From: Blepharisma stoltei ATCC 30299 | Taxonomy: Eukaryota > Protista > Ciliophora | Length of the DNA stretch: 64,000 nt | Direction: 5' to 3' | NCBI GenBank assembly: GCA_965603825.1 | Contig: CBFDEM010000031.1 | Location: 29,334 to 93,333, forward strand | In this document: piece by piece, positions 34,971 through 46,679 of the stretch | How positions within the stretch are numbered: position 1 is the stretch's first letter | How the letters are laid out: each line of letters starts with the position of its first letter | Program-made: the position numbers and the translations under genes | Notes under the pieces: generated by a model | The model's input: the letters and a program-made list of their open reading frames with translations, nothing else | Told to the model about the DNA's origin: nothing | The model's database searches: none

Positions 34971-36209
34971 TTAATTATTATCTTCGACATCATTCGCAAT
35001 TTTATGTCTTTTCACAAACTCCTTGATTCTATCCATAGAATCCTCCAAAACCTCAATTGGGTTACAAATCACAATCCTAAACCCACTTTCACTTGAAAAG
35101 CATTCAGCAGGCAGCAGCATTAATCCTTCTTCAGCTGCCAGTTTTTCCGCGAAAACTTCTGAATTCGGTATATCTCGAAAAGCATTTGTATCAATCAGAA
35201 TCATCGAATAAATCGAGCCTTCTGTCGGAATGACTGTAAGTTCAGGGATCCCTGAAAGTTTCTGGTAAACAATATCAGCCCTTTGCTTTAGTTTTTGAGA
35301 CACCTCTGCTGAGTAGCCTTCTGGCATGCTTGTAAGGATCTGTGGGATCGCATTGACCATAAAATGTGGAGCATGAGCCACAAGGCTCTTAAAATTTTCA
35401 ATGCCTCGCCTTAATTCACCACACCGCTTATATTTATCATATATTTTTATCCAGCCACATCTCCAGCCTGGGACAAGACAAAGCTTGCTCATCGTCCCTA
35501 TTGCAAAAACTGGAACTTCATCAGTCAAAGATCCCATAGGGATAAATGGCTTTTCAAATGTCAGGTACTCGTAGACCTCGTCAGCCAATATACAAATGCG
35601 GTGTCTCTTTGCCCAGTCTAAAATTTGCAGCAAGTGGTCTCTTGAAAACACGCTTCCGCAGGGATTTGAAGGGTTTATGACTACAAGAAGCTTGGTGCGA
35701 TCGTCTACAAGTGCGTCTAGGTCATTAAAATCGATTTCCCAGTTTTCCTGAGGCTTTAATTTATAATGTTTTACCTCACATCCTCGATTCTGGCACATAC
35801 TTTCGTATAGAGGGTATCCTGGAGATGGGGCAAGGATATTGTCTCCAGGGTTTAGAAGGGATTGAACAATTGTAAAAATAGCGCCTGAGCCACCGAAGTC
35901 AAAAATAATGTCTTCAAAGGTCAATTTTATATTGTCATAACTGTATTTTTGAGCCATGAATTCTCTTGCTTCTTTTGAGCCGTGCTGATGGGAATAGCAG
36001 TTGCCTTTGCCAGATCTTAAATGGTCACAGACGGCTTCCACAAAAGCAGGGTGGACTTGAAAGTCAGAGCACTTGGATGGGTCTCCAGCGACTAAAGATA
36101 GCACTGGCTTGTGGAACTGGGCTGGAGGGATTATTTTGTTGAATACAGTGTAGATTGGATTGTGTGAGTTCATTGCACTATCTGATGCTCCAATAGTTCA
36201 GTCCTCCAT
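34971..36209 (-). CDS. TAT: Tyrosine aminotransferase (PLP-dependent class I, 412 aa)
   Basis: GDP, NPSNPCGSVF, ADEVY and SKLCLVPGWRCGW motifs; the N-terminus extends through TGA to MEDW at 36209. Confidence 0.9.
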
Positions 36210-36355
36210 TTTATTAGTAAAATAAATTACTCACTAATAAATGTGACTCATATTTTGACAGGGATTTTATTTTTTTATTAAGTTTTTAAGATAATTTATG
36301 CAGATTTTTTATAATTACGCATTATTATAAGAATTTTTTCAATTGAAAATGTTAA

Positions 36356-37783
36356 TTATTCAATACCAAAGCCAAGGGCATGGTTTTTTATTACATATAC
36401 AAGGCCTTTTTCCAAGATTTCTTTACTGGGATATATAGGTAAATCAAGCCTATTAAAACAAGTATGAGCACGTGGAAAAATGCTGTTTTTATCATAATGT
36501 ATCGGTTCAATAGTAAACCGAGCAGGCTCTCCTCTTGACGTCCTGAGTGAGGCGAATCCATCAATTGACAGTCTTGGAGACCCAGTCACAAATAAAAGTA
36601 AATTGGAGACTTGCTCTTGGGCTAAGGACTCCACGACTTCTCAGAATCAGCCTACAACTTTATGTGACCTTGAAAACTCTCCTCTATAGTCAGTATGGTC
36701 TTTCCAGTCCTGAATATCAATAACCGGAAGCCCACACAATGCAAGCTCCAGCTCTTGTGACGTAAAAAAAGAGACCAGTGGCTGAGGGATGACTGCATAA
36801 AACCCTTGAAGCAAAAAATCAATCCCAGGCTTCATGATTTCTGTGGTCTCAAACTTGGCCCTTAATTCTATATATTCCTCTTTATTTTCATCAGTGACCT
36901 TTATTTGGTCACCGTTTTCTTTCAATAGATACTTATAAACCTGCCCATTCTGATGCTTTTCTACTTGAAAAGTTTCAAAGAAAACTGTCTCAATCGGGTT
37001 TTCCTTCATGAATTTTAAAGCGCTGTAAAGCTAAATGGCTCTTACGTCGTTATCCAAAAAATTTAAATCTTCTAGATTTATTTCATCCCCTGTAATATGC
37101 TTAAAAATGACTCCAGATAATGGGCATGTGATTGATACCTGCTCAAATAGGGCTTTTCCCATGACTCTGCCCATGAAAACATACTCGTTTTCTTTGCTCC
37201 CATCAATTCCTAATGGGAATGTATAATTTACAATTTTTGCATTAGACAGCACAAAAAGCTCTTTTTCTTTAGAAAAAAGTGCCTTTGTTATCAATGTGAA
37301 CCATTCTCTGAGTACTCCGCCTGCATCCATGCCCCGCTCTCCGCTGAAGCTGACGTTGAATTCTTTATGCATATCTTGAGGAGTAAATGTCAAAATGTGA
37401 TTCATTGAGGTCTCCATGAACTCATCCCTTAATATTTCTAACTTCATGCTTTCAGATTGTCAGGGAATTCGAATTTTGGTTAATTCGTCTTTAAGTCATT
37501 GGATTTTTACATTATAAGGAGACTCTCTAGTTAGGTTTTTTAGCGTGTGTCGTGGGTGTGACCTGGCTGTCCTGCCGTGGCTTATGCAGATCAACAAATG
37601 TTCAGTGAAATTTCTGATGGTTGTGTTATCTCTGAATTCTTCTAGACAGTAAGGGCATAGCAAAAATGAAGAGAGCTCGTTTAGGTTTTGCCTTGAAACA
37701 GGAGATCTTGCAAGCGCTGTCTCTATAGGGACCCTAGGCAGGTGAACTTGAGCGGTTTGAGCTTTAGTGACGCAGCAGCCCAT
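36356..37783 (-). CDS. HECT E3 ubiquitin ligase with N-terminal MGCC and a C2HC zinc finger (470 aa; intron 37031-37045)
   Basis: FSGERGMDAGGVLREWF, WFW (both TGA), LLLFVTGS, PRAHTCFNRLDLP and a terminal GFGIE. Confidence 0.93.
37031..37045 (-). other. 15-nt intron GTAAGAGCCATTTAG
   Basis: Contains the in-frame TAG; removal gives the HECT-consensus-like FLDNDLYSAL. Confidence 0.92.
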
Positions 37784-37825
37784 TTAAAAATTAACCATTT
37801 TTCAGTATCGAAAAGAATATACAGA

Positions 37826-38911
37826 TTAATAGCATTTTTGGTGAACCAGCCCAGGGCCGATTTCATTGTATTCTTCTTTTATCATCCAAAGGTGTTGAAA
37901 ACTTGACAAAGAGCTCATCACGCAGCCTCCAAGCCAAGGCGAAAAAATCCTTTCAGGCTGAGCAGTTATCTCTATTGACTGATTAACTTTTCTACCCAAA
38001 TCTGCATTAAGTCTATCTTTAATTCCTCCAAACATCGTGTTCCCTCCTGCAAGGACTATATTATTGAACATCATTCTCCTGACATCTTCTTCACAAGCCA
38101 TTATTGACTTATAGACAGCTTCATTAAATCCGTCACATTTCATATTAATTATTTCAGGCCTAAATAAAATTTCTGGGGCGTTTAGCCTTTCACTGCCTAA
38201 GGTAAAAGCTGAGCCATCAGGTAGCTCATAAGAGACTTCGTCTTCGTAACTATAAAATTCATTATAAGGGTTTGCAGATATAAAACATAGCTTTTCTTTG
38301 ATTTCTTGAATTATACTTCGGTTCAGTGAGCTTGATTTTTTTGATATAAGGCTTTCAAGGTGGCTGGTCACCTCTCTTCCGCCATAGTTAAGGACCTGAA
38401 CTGACTGAGGGATCACGTATCCTTCATATATAGAAGAAACATGAGTCATCTCATACCCAGAATCAACCACAGAGCCAGTAGCATTCCCTGAGGCATATAA
38501 AGCAAGAACTGATGGGTTCGAAATATAAAGGGCCGGGACATTGTAAAGCTCAAACATAACTTGGGTCATCTTCTCACGGTATGCTTTTGGCGTCGAAATA
38601 GCTTCTGTCATTATAAAAGGGTGGGTTTCGGTCGCCACTTTTAGCTCATTATAGAACAAGTGGCTCCAAATCAGCTCGATTTCATGAGAAAAATAGACCT
38701 GTCTTTCCATTATTGGGTACTGTATCGTGGAATATGTATTGGAATCCCCTTTATTTTTCACAGTTACAGTCTTACTTTCTTTAAAAAGTACCGAAGCTTG
38801 AGGAGTAGGGGTGCATTTCATTACGACATTAGGTCTCGGAAGGCTTGTGAAGCCAGCTTTGATAGAATATGACCCAGTGTCAACGACGATCGCCTGTGAA
38901 CTTTCATCCAT
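37826..38911 (-). CDS. Divergent actin-family protein (361 aa)
   Basis: VVDTGS..KAGF, QVMFELYNVP, VVDSG, YELPDG, NIVLAGGNTMF, WLGG and C-terminal HQKCY. Confidence 0.93.
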   Translation of the reverse strand: MDESSQAIVVDTGSYSIKAGFTSLPRPNVVMKCTPTPQASVLFKESKTVTVKNKGDSNTYSTIQYPIMERQVYFSHEIELIWSHLFYNELKVATETHPFIMTEAISTPKAYREKMTQVMFELYNVPALYISNPSVLALYASGNATGSVVDSGYEMTHVSSIYEGYVIPQSVQVLNYGGREVTSHLESLISKKSSSLNRSIIQEIKEKLCFISANPYNEFYSYEDEVSYELPDGSAFTLGSERLNAPEILFRPEIINMKCDGFNEAVYKSIMACEEDVRRMMFNNIVLAGGNTMFGGIKDRLNADLGRKVNQSIEITAQPERIFSPWLGGCVMSSLSSFQHLWMIKEEYNEIGPGLVHQKCY

Positions 38912-38949
38912 TTTTTGTCTAGCATCTATAAAGAATTCCTATCATAAAT

Positions 38950-39478
38950 ATGTCTGAAATCGAATGTTCAGGTGAGATGAAATTCGACATGTCTAAGTCA
39001 GAAATCTTACTAGAAACCCTAACAAATCTATTAAAAAAAACCCATGAATATTTTATTGACACCACAACTACACTGATGCACCATGATTTAGCCCACGATA
39101 TCCCAGCTTCTAAAGTAAAAGTTACCTTGCAAAATGGAAAATAGTGAGATTTACTTCAGCGCTTGCAAACAAGTAGGTAGAATCCAAAGGAAACAAGAAA
39201 GCCAAGAGTCAACTATCACTGCAGAAGCCATTTGTGCGACGGAGACTTTGGACGATCCTTCTGTTATGCTTGAAATGATGGGGTATAAGACGATCTCAAG
39301 CGTAACAAAAACAGGAAGCTTGTGAATAACAGAGTCAGGGACAAAGGTATTTTTGTACTCAAATCAGCAATTTTCATTTGTGTGTATTATTTGTGTTTGC
39401 TTGTCTAGTGATATAGATGAAGCATTTGGAAACATCAGAGAGCTTTTTCAACAAATATCTCAAAAGGTAAATAATTAA
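38950..39478 (+). CDS. Small CYTH-fold/Med18-like protein (170 aa; intron 39144-39159)
   Basis: Two ORF pieces are joined by a 16-nt intron, then read through TGA to TAA at 39476. MLEMMGYK...KTG..W weakly resembles Med18. Confidence 0.5.
39144..39159 (+). other. 16-nt intron GTGAGATTTACTTCAG
   Basis: GT-AG ends with A at position 10; removal eliminates the TAG and joins the two frames. Confidence 0.8.
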
Positions 39479-39662
39479 TAATTTAAGCAAGAAGAAAAGC
39501 CTGATATATAATTTATATATTAAATGATCGAAAATATTATTTTTATATGATTATTTAATGGAAAAAAGCCAATTTTTAAACAAAATTATTCCTTTGTCAA
39601 CAATTTCTTGGTTCGGCAGTTTTAAGAAGAGCGAATAATTACTTTTTTATCATAACGTTATA

Positions 39663-41150
39663 ATGGCACAAAAAACACACTACTATTCCTTCGTAAGGCG
39701 GCAGCTTGAAAAAGCCCAGGTTAAAAAGCCGCACACGAATGTTTCACAACGACCTGCTTTTGAGTCAAGTCCTTTAGGATATACCTTACGAAGCAAGTCA
39801 AAGTTTAGCGAATCCGAATATCAGGAGAAAGAATTCGAGCGAGGACGATCATACACTCCTCCAATGCTTGATTCTAGGCCACTTCCTTCGCCTGATTTAA
39901 ACGTAGAAAAGCAGCTACACTTCGAGACTCAAAGCAGTTTTCACGATTTCAGTAACGACAAGGGATCATCCTTGCATGAGCAGATTCTCAGTCATTTGTC
40001 GTCTTTACAGTCTTTGAAAAATCTAATTGATTTGTTATACCAAACGGTTGCTTCGTGTGTTCCTGGGAGAACAGAGAAAGTGGAAGGACAGTGCAGTTAT
40101 TGTGGATGCTGCTGTGGGAAAGCTGAAATTGATGCAAAATCTGAGGAGGCCTGCAAGCTTATAAGGCTAGAATTTACAAATTTAGACTTAAAAAAGTGCT
40201 CCAAGTGTCAGCTGCTTTCACTTTTTCCTAATAACTCTTCACAGACAGCCTGCGAAATTTGTCTGCAGTCAAAGACAGCTCCAAAGCTGCTTAGCGATGG
40301 GCTTGGAATCACTATGAAAATTTCTCAAGAAAGCTCTGACGTTGCCGTGAGACCTAGAAGCCCTTCTCTTCAAAGCAATAAACCTCTCTCAGGAAACTTA
40401 GAACTAAAAATCGCAGGAAAATCAATAAAAATTGATATAGGTAGACAAGCGAACTATATACAAGTAATTTGCCCTCTCAGCCAGTCTAAGCGAAGGTCTT
40501 TATCTGGACATCAGCCAACGTCCCAGCAGCAAAACAACCCTAACCACTCCAAAGGAGGCAGCATCACTATTTTTGACAAGCCTTTTTCTCAAACAGAAAC
40601 CCTCAAAGGCATCAGTTCTTTGCTTTCTTCTCAAACTCACCGATCCAGCTCATCCTCAAACCTATCCTCCCAAGGTCTAACAACTTGGGACGAAATCCAG
40701 CAAATCCTCAAAGAGCAGCTTAACACCTGTGAGTTTTCTACAGACCCCAAGCAGACCTGCCAGCAATATTTTTCAAAATATTTACCTATAGTCATCCTTT
40801 TGCTATCAGAAATTAAAGGCACTTTTCCGCTCCAGTCTAAGACCATTGAAGCCACATTTGAAGGGGTTCTGGCTCTATGTGACTTTATTTTAAAAGCCCA
40901 AAAGGATTCAGAAAAAAAAATGGACAGCTTAAACCAGCAGGCTCAATTAAGACTGGAAGAAAATATCATGTTAAAAGGCAAGCTTATGCAGTTACAGAAT
41001 ACCTTTAGAGAGCACGAGCTCAAAAGTGAAGAAAAAATCGAACAAATGAACGCTTTGGTCAAAAAATATGAAAACCTGCTAGATATGTATAGAAAAGAGC
41101 TCGCCACTCATAATAAATTGAGCGTAATTAAGGAAGAGCTTCAGGAGTAA
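39663..41150 (+). CDS. Hypothetical protein with Cys clusters and a C-terminal coiled coil (495 aa)
   Basis: Complete ORF; CSYCGCCC, CSKC and CEIC motifs. Confidence 0.75.
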   Translation: MAQKTHYYSFVRRQLEKAQVKKPHTNVSQRPAFESSPLGYTLRSKSKFSESEYQEKEFERGRSYTPPMLDSRPLPSPDLNVEKQLHFETQSSFHDFSNDKGSSLHEQILSHLSSLQSLKNLIDLLYQTVASCVPGRTEKVEGQCSYCGCCCGKAEIDAKSEEACKLIRLEFTNLDLKKCSKCQLLSLFPNNSSQTACEICLQSKTAPKLLSDGLGITMKISQESSDVAVRPRSPSLQSNKPLSGNLELKIAGKSIKIDIGRQANYIQVICPLSQSKRRSLSGHQPTSQQQNNPNHSKGGSITIFDKPFSQTETLKGISSLLSSQTHRSSSSSNLSSQGLTTWDEIQQILKEQLNTCEFSTDPKQTCQQYFSKYLPIVILLLSEIKGTFPLQSKTIEATFEGVLALCDFILKAQKDSEKKMDSLNQQAQLRLEENIMLKGKLMQLQNTFREHELKSEEKIEQMNALVKKYENLLDMYRKELATHNKLSVIKEELQE

Positions 41151-41169
41151 TTAATGTTTAATTAGTAAA

Positions 41170-42738
41170 TTATGTGAATTGATATAGAGACACGATAAGT
41201 CCGAAGGTAAAATACAAGGAAAGGAGCAGCTTTGCGTGCAGTTTTGTGATTAGGCCTCTGAAGAAACTTCCGAATAGGAGAGAAGTTAGGATAGAGGCGA
41301 TTAAGCAGCAGCCTGAGATTGCGACCACTGCGTGGTCGTACATGCTAAAGGAGATTGGTCCTGCGCTGCTGCTGATAATGAGAGCTATGCCAAATCCTAC
41401 TAAGGTGTTGAAGAGAGGACCTGCAAAGCAAGCAGTCATGGCTGTTTGGTTAAGACCAAGCTTGGCTATTGCAGGATTCGCATAAAAGTCCCCAGCAGAG
41501 TTACCCCAAGCAAGCATAGTCATACCTAAGAATTCAGCTGGAATCCCACTCAGCAGTCCAGCTAAGCTCAATAAATCAACCATATACCCACAAATAGTGC
41601 AAATCCACAAAATTGACATTAAAAATGCCACAATTGTCAAAACACCATTATAATTCGGCGGAATTGACACTTTACTCGTACACCAGACCCATACACACAA
41701 AAAGACCCCAATTATAAGCGAAGGAATCCAAACATGCACCCCAAATACTGTCTCAGTGATTCCTGCTTAATAATTACATTCTTGAGTCGTCAAAACAAAA
41801 AATATCGAAGCAAGAGGCATCATAACTGCATAAGACCTATTCCAGTTCTCTTCTATATAATAAGGAATCGTTAGCTTCTGTAGAAATTGTATAGGGAATA
41901 TAATAATATATCGTGCTTTTTCAAAAAACGTCATTGAGGAAAACTCTGTCTGTTCTTTTTGCAAAAAATAGCGGAATTTGATTAAGCTCCATTGCAAGTT
42001 GGACACTATAGAATGGGGAGGTCTCCCGTGGACCTGTGTGATTTGGATCTGAGGAATCGTGCTTGCTATATAGTCCTCAATGATTTCGCAGGACTCAATT
42101 CGGTTGCTTTCTAAAACAGGCAGCTCTAATGAGTCAAACGCTGATAAAGCTTTTTTTTCTTTTTCTGTATAAATCACTATACAAACATAAACTGTGTAAA
42201 GCAAAGGGAATAAACATGCTTGAAAAAGTGAGATTTCGCCTATAAGCCCATATATCAGGATTGTAGACACAGTCAATAACAGAAATCCAGCATCTCGAAA
42301 TAGCTTAGAAAGCACAATGTGGGATTCCCCGCCTTCTATGACTACAAAATAAAGCACCACAGAGTTCACGAAAAGTGCGCCTCCAAACAGAGCACCCAAT
42401 GCAAGGAAAATCTTCAGCTTTTGTGCTGCGAGAATTGATGAAAATACATCAGGTGCTCCATTGCCAAAGGCCAAAAGAGTGATTCCTGCAAGCGTTGGGG
42501 ACAGTTTTAGCTTGCTGGCGATATAGGAGAGGGATGGAGAAAAGTATTGGTCAGCTATTGTTCCTAATGTAGTAATAAATAGTCAAAATAGTATGAGCTA
42601 GGTAGGCTTTACCATTAAAATAAGCGAAAAAGGGTTTCCATTGAGACTGCAGAAATAAAATTGGAAAATCCAGCTGCAGTTGTCGATTGTGTAGCCACAG
42701 TGGTCTTTTGCATTATAGACATCTTCGCATTCTGCCAT
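41170..42738 (-). CDS. Cation/Ca2+ exchanger, CCX/NCLX-like (512 aa; introns 42598-42612 and 41763-41777)
   Basis: Alpha-1 repeat GITLLAFGNGAPDVFS and alpha-2 repeat GMTMLAWGNSAGD...AGPLFN; multiple TM helices. Confidence 0.92.
41763..41777 (-). other. 15-nt intron GTAATTATTAAGCAG
   Basis: Contains an in-frame TAA; splicing creates a T|GA (Trp) codon at the junction. Confidence 0.88.
42598..42612 (-). other. 15-nt intron GTAAAGCCTACCTAG
   Basis: Contains an in-frame TAG; A at position 10. Confidence 0.88.
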
Positions 42739-42910
42739 TTTAAATGAAATTACTACAGCTTTGGCTGTCTAGTTCTGATGCAGGTTAGAGACAAAGGTAT
42801 TATATTCATAAAATAAAGAATAGCTTTGAAAATGCCAGCATGCTAAAATATTTATATTATAAGACTTCTTTTATCATCTGAAATTATTTTATTTTATCTA
42901 TATTATTCTA

Positions 42911-45592
42911 ATGAATTTAGGCAGAGACAACTTAATAGGCCAACAGATTACTTTTGACTCTGGGCCACTAGAAATCCTCTCTATCCTTCACAAGACCTCG
43001 GGCTCTAACATTCTCCTTGGAAAAGATCTTCAGAACAACCAATTCGTCATCAAGCACATCCCATTCTACATGTCCCACTTCCAAGAAATGTACTACCGCG
43101 AGTTCACCAACCTCTGCATCGTTGGAAACCACCCTAATATCCTCAATCTGCTTGAAAAAACCATCGCTCAAGGCAGCACACAGTACGGCGCCATCAAATT
43201 TGAGTATTGTCAGAAAGGAAACTTATATGACCTTATGCAAAACCATGACCTAAACGAAGACCAGATTCTTTTTATACTAAAAGACTTATTGTCAGCCATT
43301 ATAAAGCTGCAGGACAGCGGAATTGTGCATAGAGACATAAATCCTAGCAATATTTTGGTTACTGATAGCTATGGTTTCAAACTTGGAGACTTCGGAAGCT
43401 CGCTTAGACTAGAAGAAGCAAAAGCATCGCCAGGGCCTGTGGTATTGGGGAATGTAGAAAAATACACCCATCCTGTGTATAGACCTCCTGATTTTGGCAC
43501 TGATTTTGATTTGGGGAAAATTGACGTCTGGGGAGTAGGGTGTACTCTTTATTTTATGATTTTCAGAGAAATGCCTTTTTCCACTGAAGAAACACTAAAA
43601 AGAGAAGTTTCTTTATCAGTGCAGCTACAAGAGATCTTAAACTTGTGCCTAGAGCCAAACCCTGCTGAAAGACCAGCACCTAGAGCAGTCCTCAGCAGAC
43701 TCACAAATTGAAAAATCCCATCTGGCTTAGATCTATCAAGCCCAAGCCCTGAAAAAATCGAATTTAAAAAACTGAGAAGCTCTATCAGTTTCTGCTTAAA
43801 TAAGTCTTTAGAAGTCAGCGATAAGTGCCCTGACCTTTATTATTTGCATCATGTCCTTTTAAGTGCTTGGAATAAGCCTGAAACAGTAATGAAATTTTAT
43901 AGCCAGCTAAAAGACACCAATAAATCCTTGACTGTGACCTCAGTAAAACTTTTGATACTTCTCCATAGGTATTTGATTTCAGGACCTAGTGAAGTCCTTA
44001 CTATTGAGCCTGGGCCAAAGGCAATTTTAGAATCATTACTTTTACTTTGGACAAATAAGGAAAAAGACCCTAGTGACCAGTATCACTGTGATTATTTTTG
44101 TGGGCTGGTTAGGCAGATGTGTAGAGTGCTGCTTGATAAACTGGAAATTCATCAGAAAACGTCGTCACTAGGCAACTGGAAAATGACGCTGCAGCCTCAA
44201 CATTTGAGGGATACTATGGAATATTTGAGGAAAATTGTGAGAATATGTGATGGGCTGCTTATTGGGGTTAATAATTTAAGCCAGTTAATGAATTTTCTGA
44301 TAATGCAACTTGTAGAAGAATGCCAGAGGCTATCGATGCTGATGGAGACAACTTTTAAGCCGATTGCAAGCCAATGTCCGAATGAGTACCGATACTTCAC
44401 AGAACTTTCTGCAAAAATTTCAAATCTTGCCTCAACTCAGGCTGAAAAAAGCCTTCAGCCTGCACCGTCTGAGAATAAAGGAAAATTCTACTCACAGCAA
44501 GGAAAAATTTTGCTGACCCATAAAAGTCCTTCACCGTTGCATAGTCGAGGAGAAATTAAGCCAGTAAAGCCAATGCATAATATCCGATACCAATCACCTA
44601 TGAGAGACAACTTGCCTTCTCCTCAGCTAAAAGCTCCATCAGATGCCTTAAACGAACTTATGGGCTTTGACGTGAAGCCGAAACCTGAAGATTCCAACAT
44701 GCCCCCTATGATGCCTACTCCAACCTGGCAGGCTCCCAACCAAAATAACATCGTTGAATCAAGGTGGCTCCTAACCCGTGACGACGTCCAACTCGGCAAA
44801 ATTCTAGGTTCTGGTGCCAGCTGCACCGTCTACAAAGGAAAATACAAACGAACCCCAGTCGCTATCAAAATGATGCGAGACACCTTCATGGGCCAATCCC
44901 TAAAAAAAGAATTCGAGCGTGAAGTTACCGCAATGATGAGACTGAGACATCCAAATTTAGTAATGTTCATGGGAGCTTGTGCAGAGCCTCAAATGATCAT
45001 AGTCTCTGAGTTCTGTGGAGGCGAAACTCTATTTAAGCTGCTTCACGAGAAGAAAAACATTATGTTGTCATGAAAACAAAAGCTTAAAATGATGAAAGAC
45101 GTGGCCAGAGGAATGTTTTACCTTCATGACAATAACCCTCCTATTTTGCATAGAGACCTAAAAAGCTTGAATTTGTTGCTGCTAGACGAAGTCGCCTCTC
45201 CTAATGATAAAATCATGGTAAAAATAACAGACTTCGGGGTCGCAAGAGCAATGGACGAGAGCGGGAAAATGACGGGACAGATGGGGACTTGCCACTGGAT
45301 GGCTCCAGAAGTGATCAATAATCAGCCATATACGCTTGCAGCTGATATATACTCGTTTGCAATTGTCATGTGGGAAATTGTAGTCAGAGAAACTCCTTAT
45401 AGAGATATTAATCCGGTGACTATTCCTATGAGAGTTGTCAAAGGGGAAAGGCCGAACCTGAGCGTGATTCCTTCAACCTGTCCTGATATCGTCAAAGACA
45501 TTATCAGAGCCTCCTGGGACCCAATTCCATCAAAGAGACCTACCTTTGCGCAGATTCTGGATGCTCTGGATTCCCTTGATCCAGATTTATAG
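42911..45592 (+). CDS. Dual-kinase protein: NAK-like kinase + ANTH-like domain + TKL/Raf-like kinase (893 aa)
   Basis: Three ORF pieces in one frame via TGA. Kinase 1: HRDINPSN, DFG, YRPPD. Middle: VKLLILLHRYLISGP. Kinase 2: GSGASCTV, HRDLKSLN, GTCHWMAPE. Confidence 0.88.
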
Positions 45593-45650
45593 ATATTTAA
45601 GATTTCTTTTTAAACCTACTGGAAAATTAATGTAATTTCGCGAATTATAA

Positions 45651-46655
45651 ATGGGAAACCAAATAGCAATTGACTTGGGGCCAGTCTATTTAGAAGCAAG
45701 TATTTTTATAGCGGCAGAGCCTGTTCCTGACTATACGACCTACTATATCTACTCTGCCAAGCACAACGGAACTTTTTATTTTGTTCGCCTTTTAAAAGCT
45801 GAAGTCGAAAGCTTCAAGTCTCACATTCTTTATTCAAAACTTACAAGAGATGATGTCCCAGTCCAAGTCACTGGGGTCAAATTTGACGATTTTCATCTCA
45901 GACTTGAGACGCTGTTTGATATCCAGGTCATTACTTCAGAAAAAACAAAATTCGCAGTAAAGGCATTGGATTTCTTTTGAAACAACAACAAAGAGTCACT
46001 TTATCAATACAAAAACACGCAGCTGCCACAATCTGACGGGAGCATTTGTACGTCTGGAGACTTTGTAAAAGAGGCTATTTGTGAAGAAGCTCTGTTCCCA
46101 TGTTTGCTGGTTAATGTTAGGTCAGGGATCAGTATTTATAGAGTCAACTCTTTAGAAGATTTTCATAAAGTGGGTGGGTCGAGCTTTGGAGGATCCACAT
46201 TTTGGGCTTTGTCGAAGCTGCTTTGTAACTATGAAACTCCAACAGATGCATTAGAGTCATCTAGAGATGGAAACAATGTATTAGTTGATATGACTGTAGG
46301 CGATATTTATGGAAGAGGCTATGACCAGATGGGTCTTCCTCACAACTTGATTGCCAGTTCTTGTGCAAAGTTACGAGAAAAACGAACAGACGAGACAGAC
46401 CCAGCCAGCATTGCTAAGTCCTTGCTTATATTGTTTTGTTTCAATATGACACAGATCTCGTATATGCAGGCAGTTGTAGAAGGTATAGACAGAATTGCAG
46501 TCGTTGGAGACGCAATGCATACGACTTATGCCAATGAGCTGGCTCAGTATTGTATTGATTTTTGGAGTGCTAATAAGATAAAACTGATCCAATCTGATTA
46601 TGGGGCTTATTTTGGGAGTTTTGGAGCTCTCCTGAGGCAATTAGACAGAGTTTAG
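45651..46655 (+). CDS. Type II pantothenate kinase (Fumble)-like protein with degenerate motifs (334 aa)
   Basis: FPCLLVNVRSGISI, VGGSSFGGSTFWAL, GNNVLVDMTVGDIYG, IASS and YFGSFGA. Confidence 0.85.
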
Positions 46656-46679
46656 ATGACATTAAATATTAATCTCGTA

